A stretch of DNA of 64,000 bases. Source: Geosiphon pyriformis uo1. Its lineage: Eukaryota; Fungi; Glomeromycota. Both the position numbers and the translations under genes were made by a program. Of the stretch, positions 63,631 through 64,000 are shown piece by piece. The first letter of the stretch is position 1; every line of letters starts with the position of its first letter. The stretch spans positions 1-64,000 of the forward strand of contig JAAOMT010000352.1 in the NCBI GenBank assembly GCA_016748015.1, read 5' to 3'. Under the pieces are notes generated by a model. That model made no database searches and had not been told where the DNA came from. It saw nothing but the letters and a program-made list of their open reading frames with translations.

Positions 63631-64000
63631 TATTACTCATAAAAAAAAACAGATATAGAAAATAGTAGACCAATAAGAGAGTAATAGTTAGCATATGAAC
63701 ATATTGCTCAGCAATATGGAGCAATGTCAGAAATTACAGTATACTGCTCAGCAATATGGAGCAATGTCAGAAGTTACAGCACATTGCTCAGCAATGTGGA
63801 GCAATATTAGAAAATTAGAGCATATTGCTTAGCAATGTGAGCATTGTTTAAGAAATCATAATACATTGCTCGGGAATGTGAGTGATTTTGTAGAACATTA
63901 ATTATGTATATATAGCAGTAGCATTAGAAAAAGAAAAGACAGACATTTAGTTTAGATTTGATCTAAGCAACCTTCCATATTATAAATATCAATAAATAAT
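63631..64000 (+). repeat. Gy-B1-type LTR inserted in Gy-B4 pol, cut off by the window end; ~40-bp tandem units at 63700-63870
   Basis: Collinear with 2845-3133, with extra repeat units. Confidence 0.88.

Noticed and set aside
62840-63724. 294 aa ORF as a host gene or standalone dUTPase
   Set aside because: Chimeric: the first ~31 codons come from the antisense strand of the LTR inserted at 63631, and the rest is decayed Gy-B pol cut by a CAG>TAG stop.

Overview
Very AT-rich eukaryotic DNA, probably fungal. The repeat proteins resemble, from recollection only, those of Glomeromycotina such as Geosiphon. One intact host gene was found: a 6-exon tafazzin (15256-16687) sitting in a ~2.2 kb island that keeps its CpGs. 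Most of the rest is a pile of dead retroelements riddled with C>T/G>A changes, plus unassigned near-pure A/T stretches. There are two Ty3/Gypsy families (my labels Gy-A and Gy-B; TGTTA...TAACA LTRs, 4-bp TSDs, same PBS) and APE-RT-RNaseH LINEs. They are nested four levels deep: old LINE > Gy-B3 (23689-55447) > LINEs and a 3-LTR Gy-A block > solo LTR. Aligning the copies by eye reconstructs an unusual Gypsy organisation: gag, a -1 frameshift at UUUAAAC (Gy-A), PR-[Cys-rich inserts; dUTPase in Gy-B]-RT-RNaseH, stop, a separately encoded integrase, then a ~210-230 aa orphan ORF3 ending at or running through the PPT. The C>T process goes well beyond CpG and appears to spare ApC/GpT. All alignments and counts were done by eye; no database searches were run.
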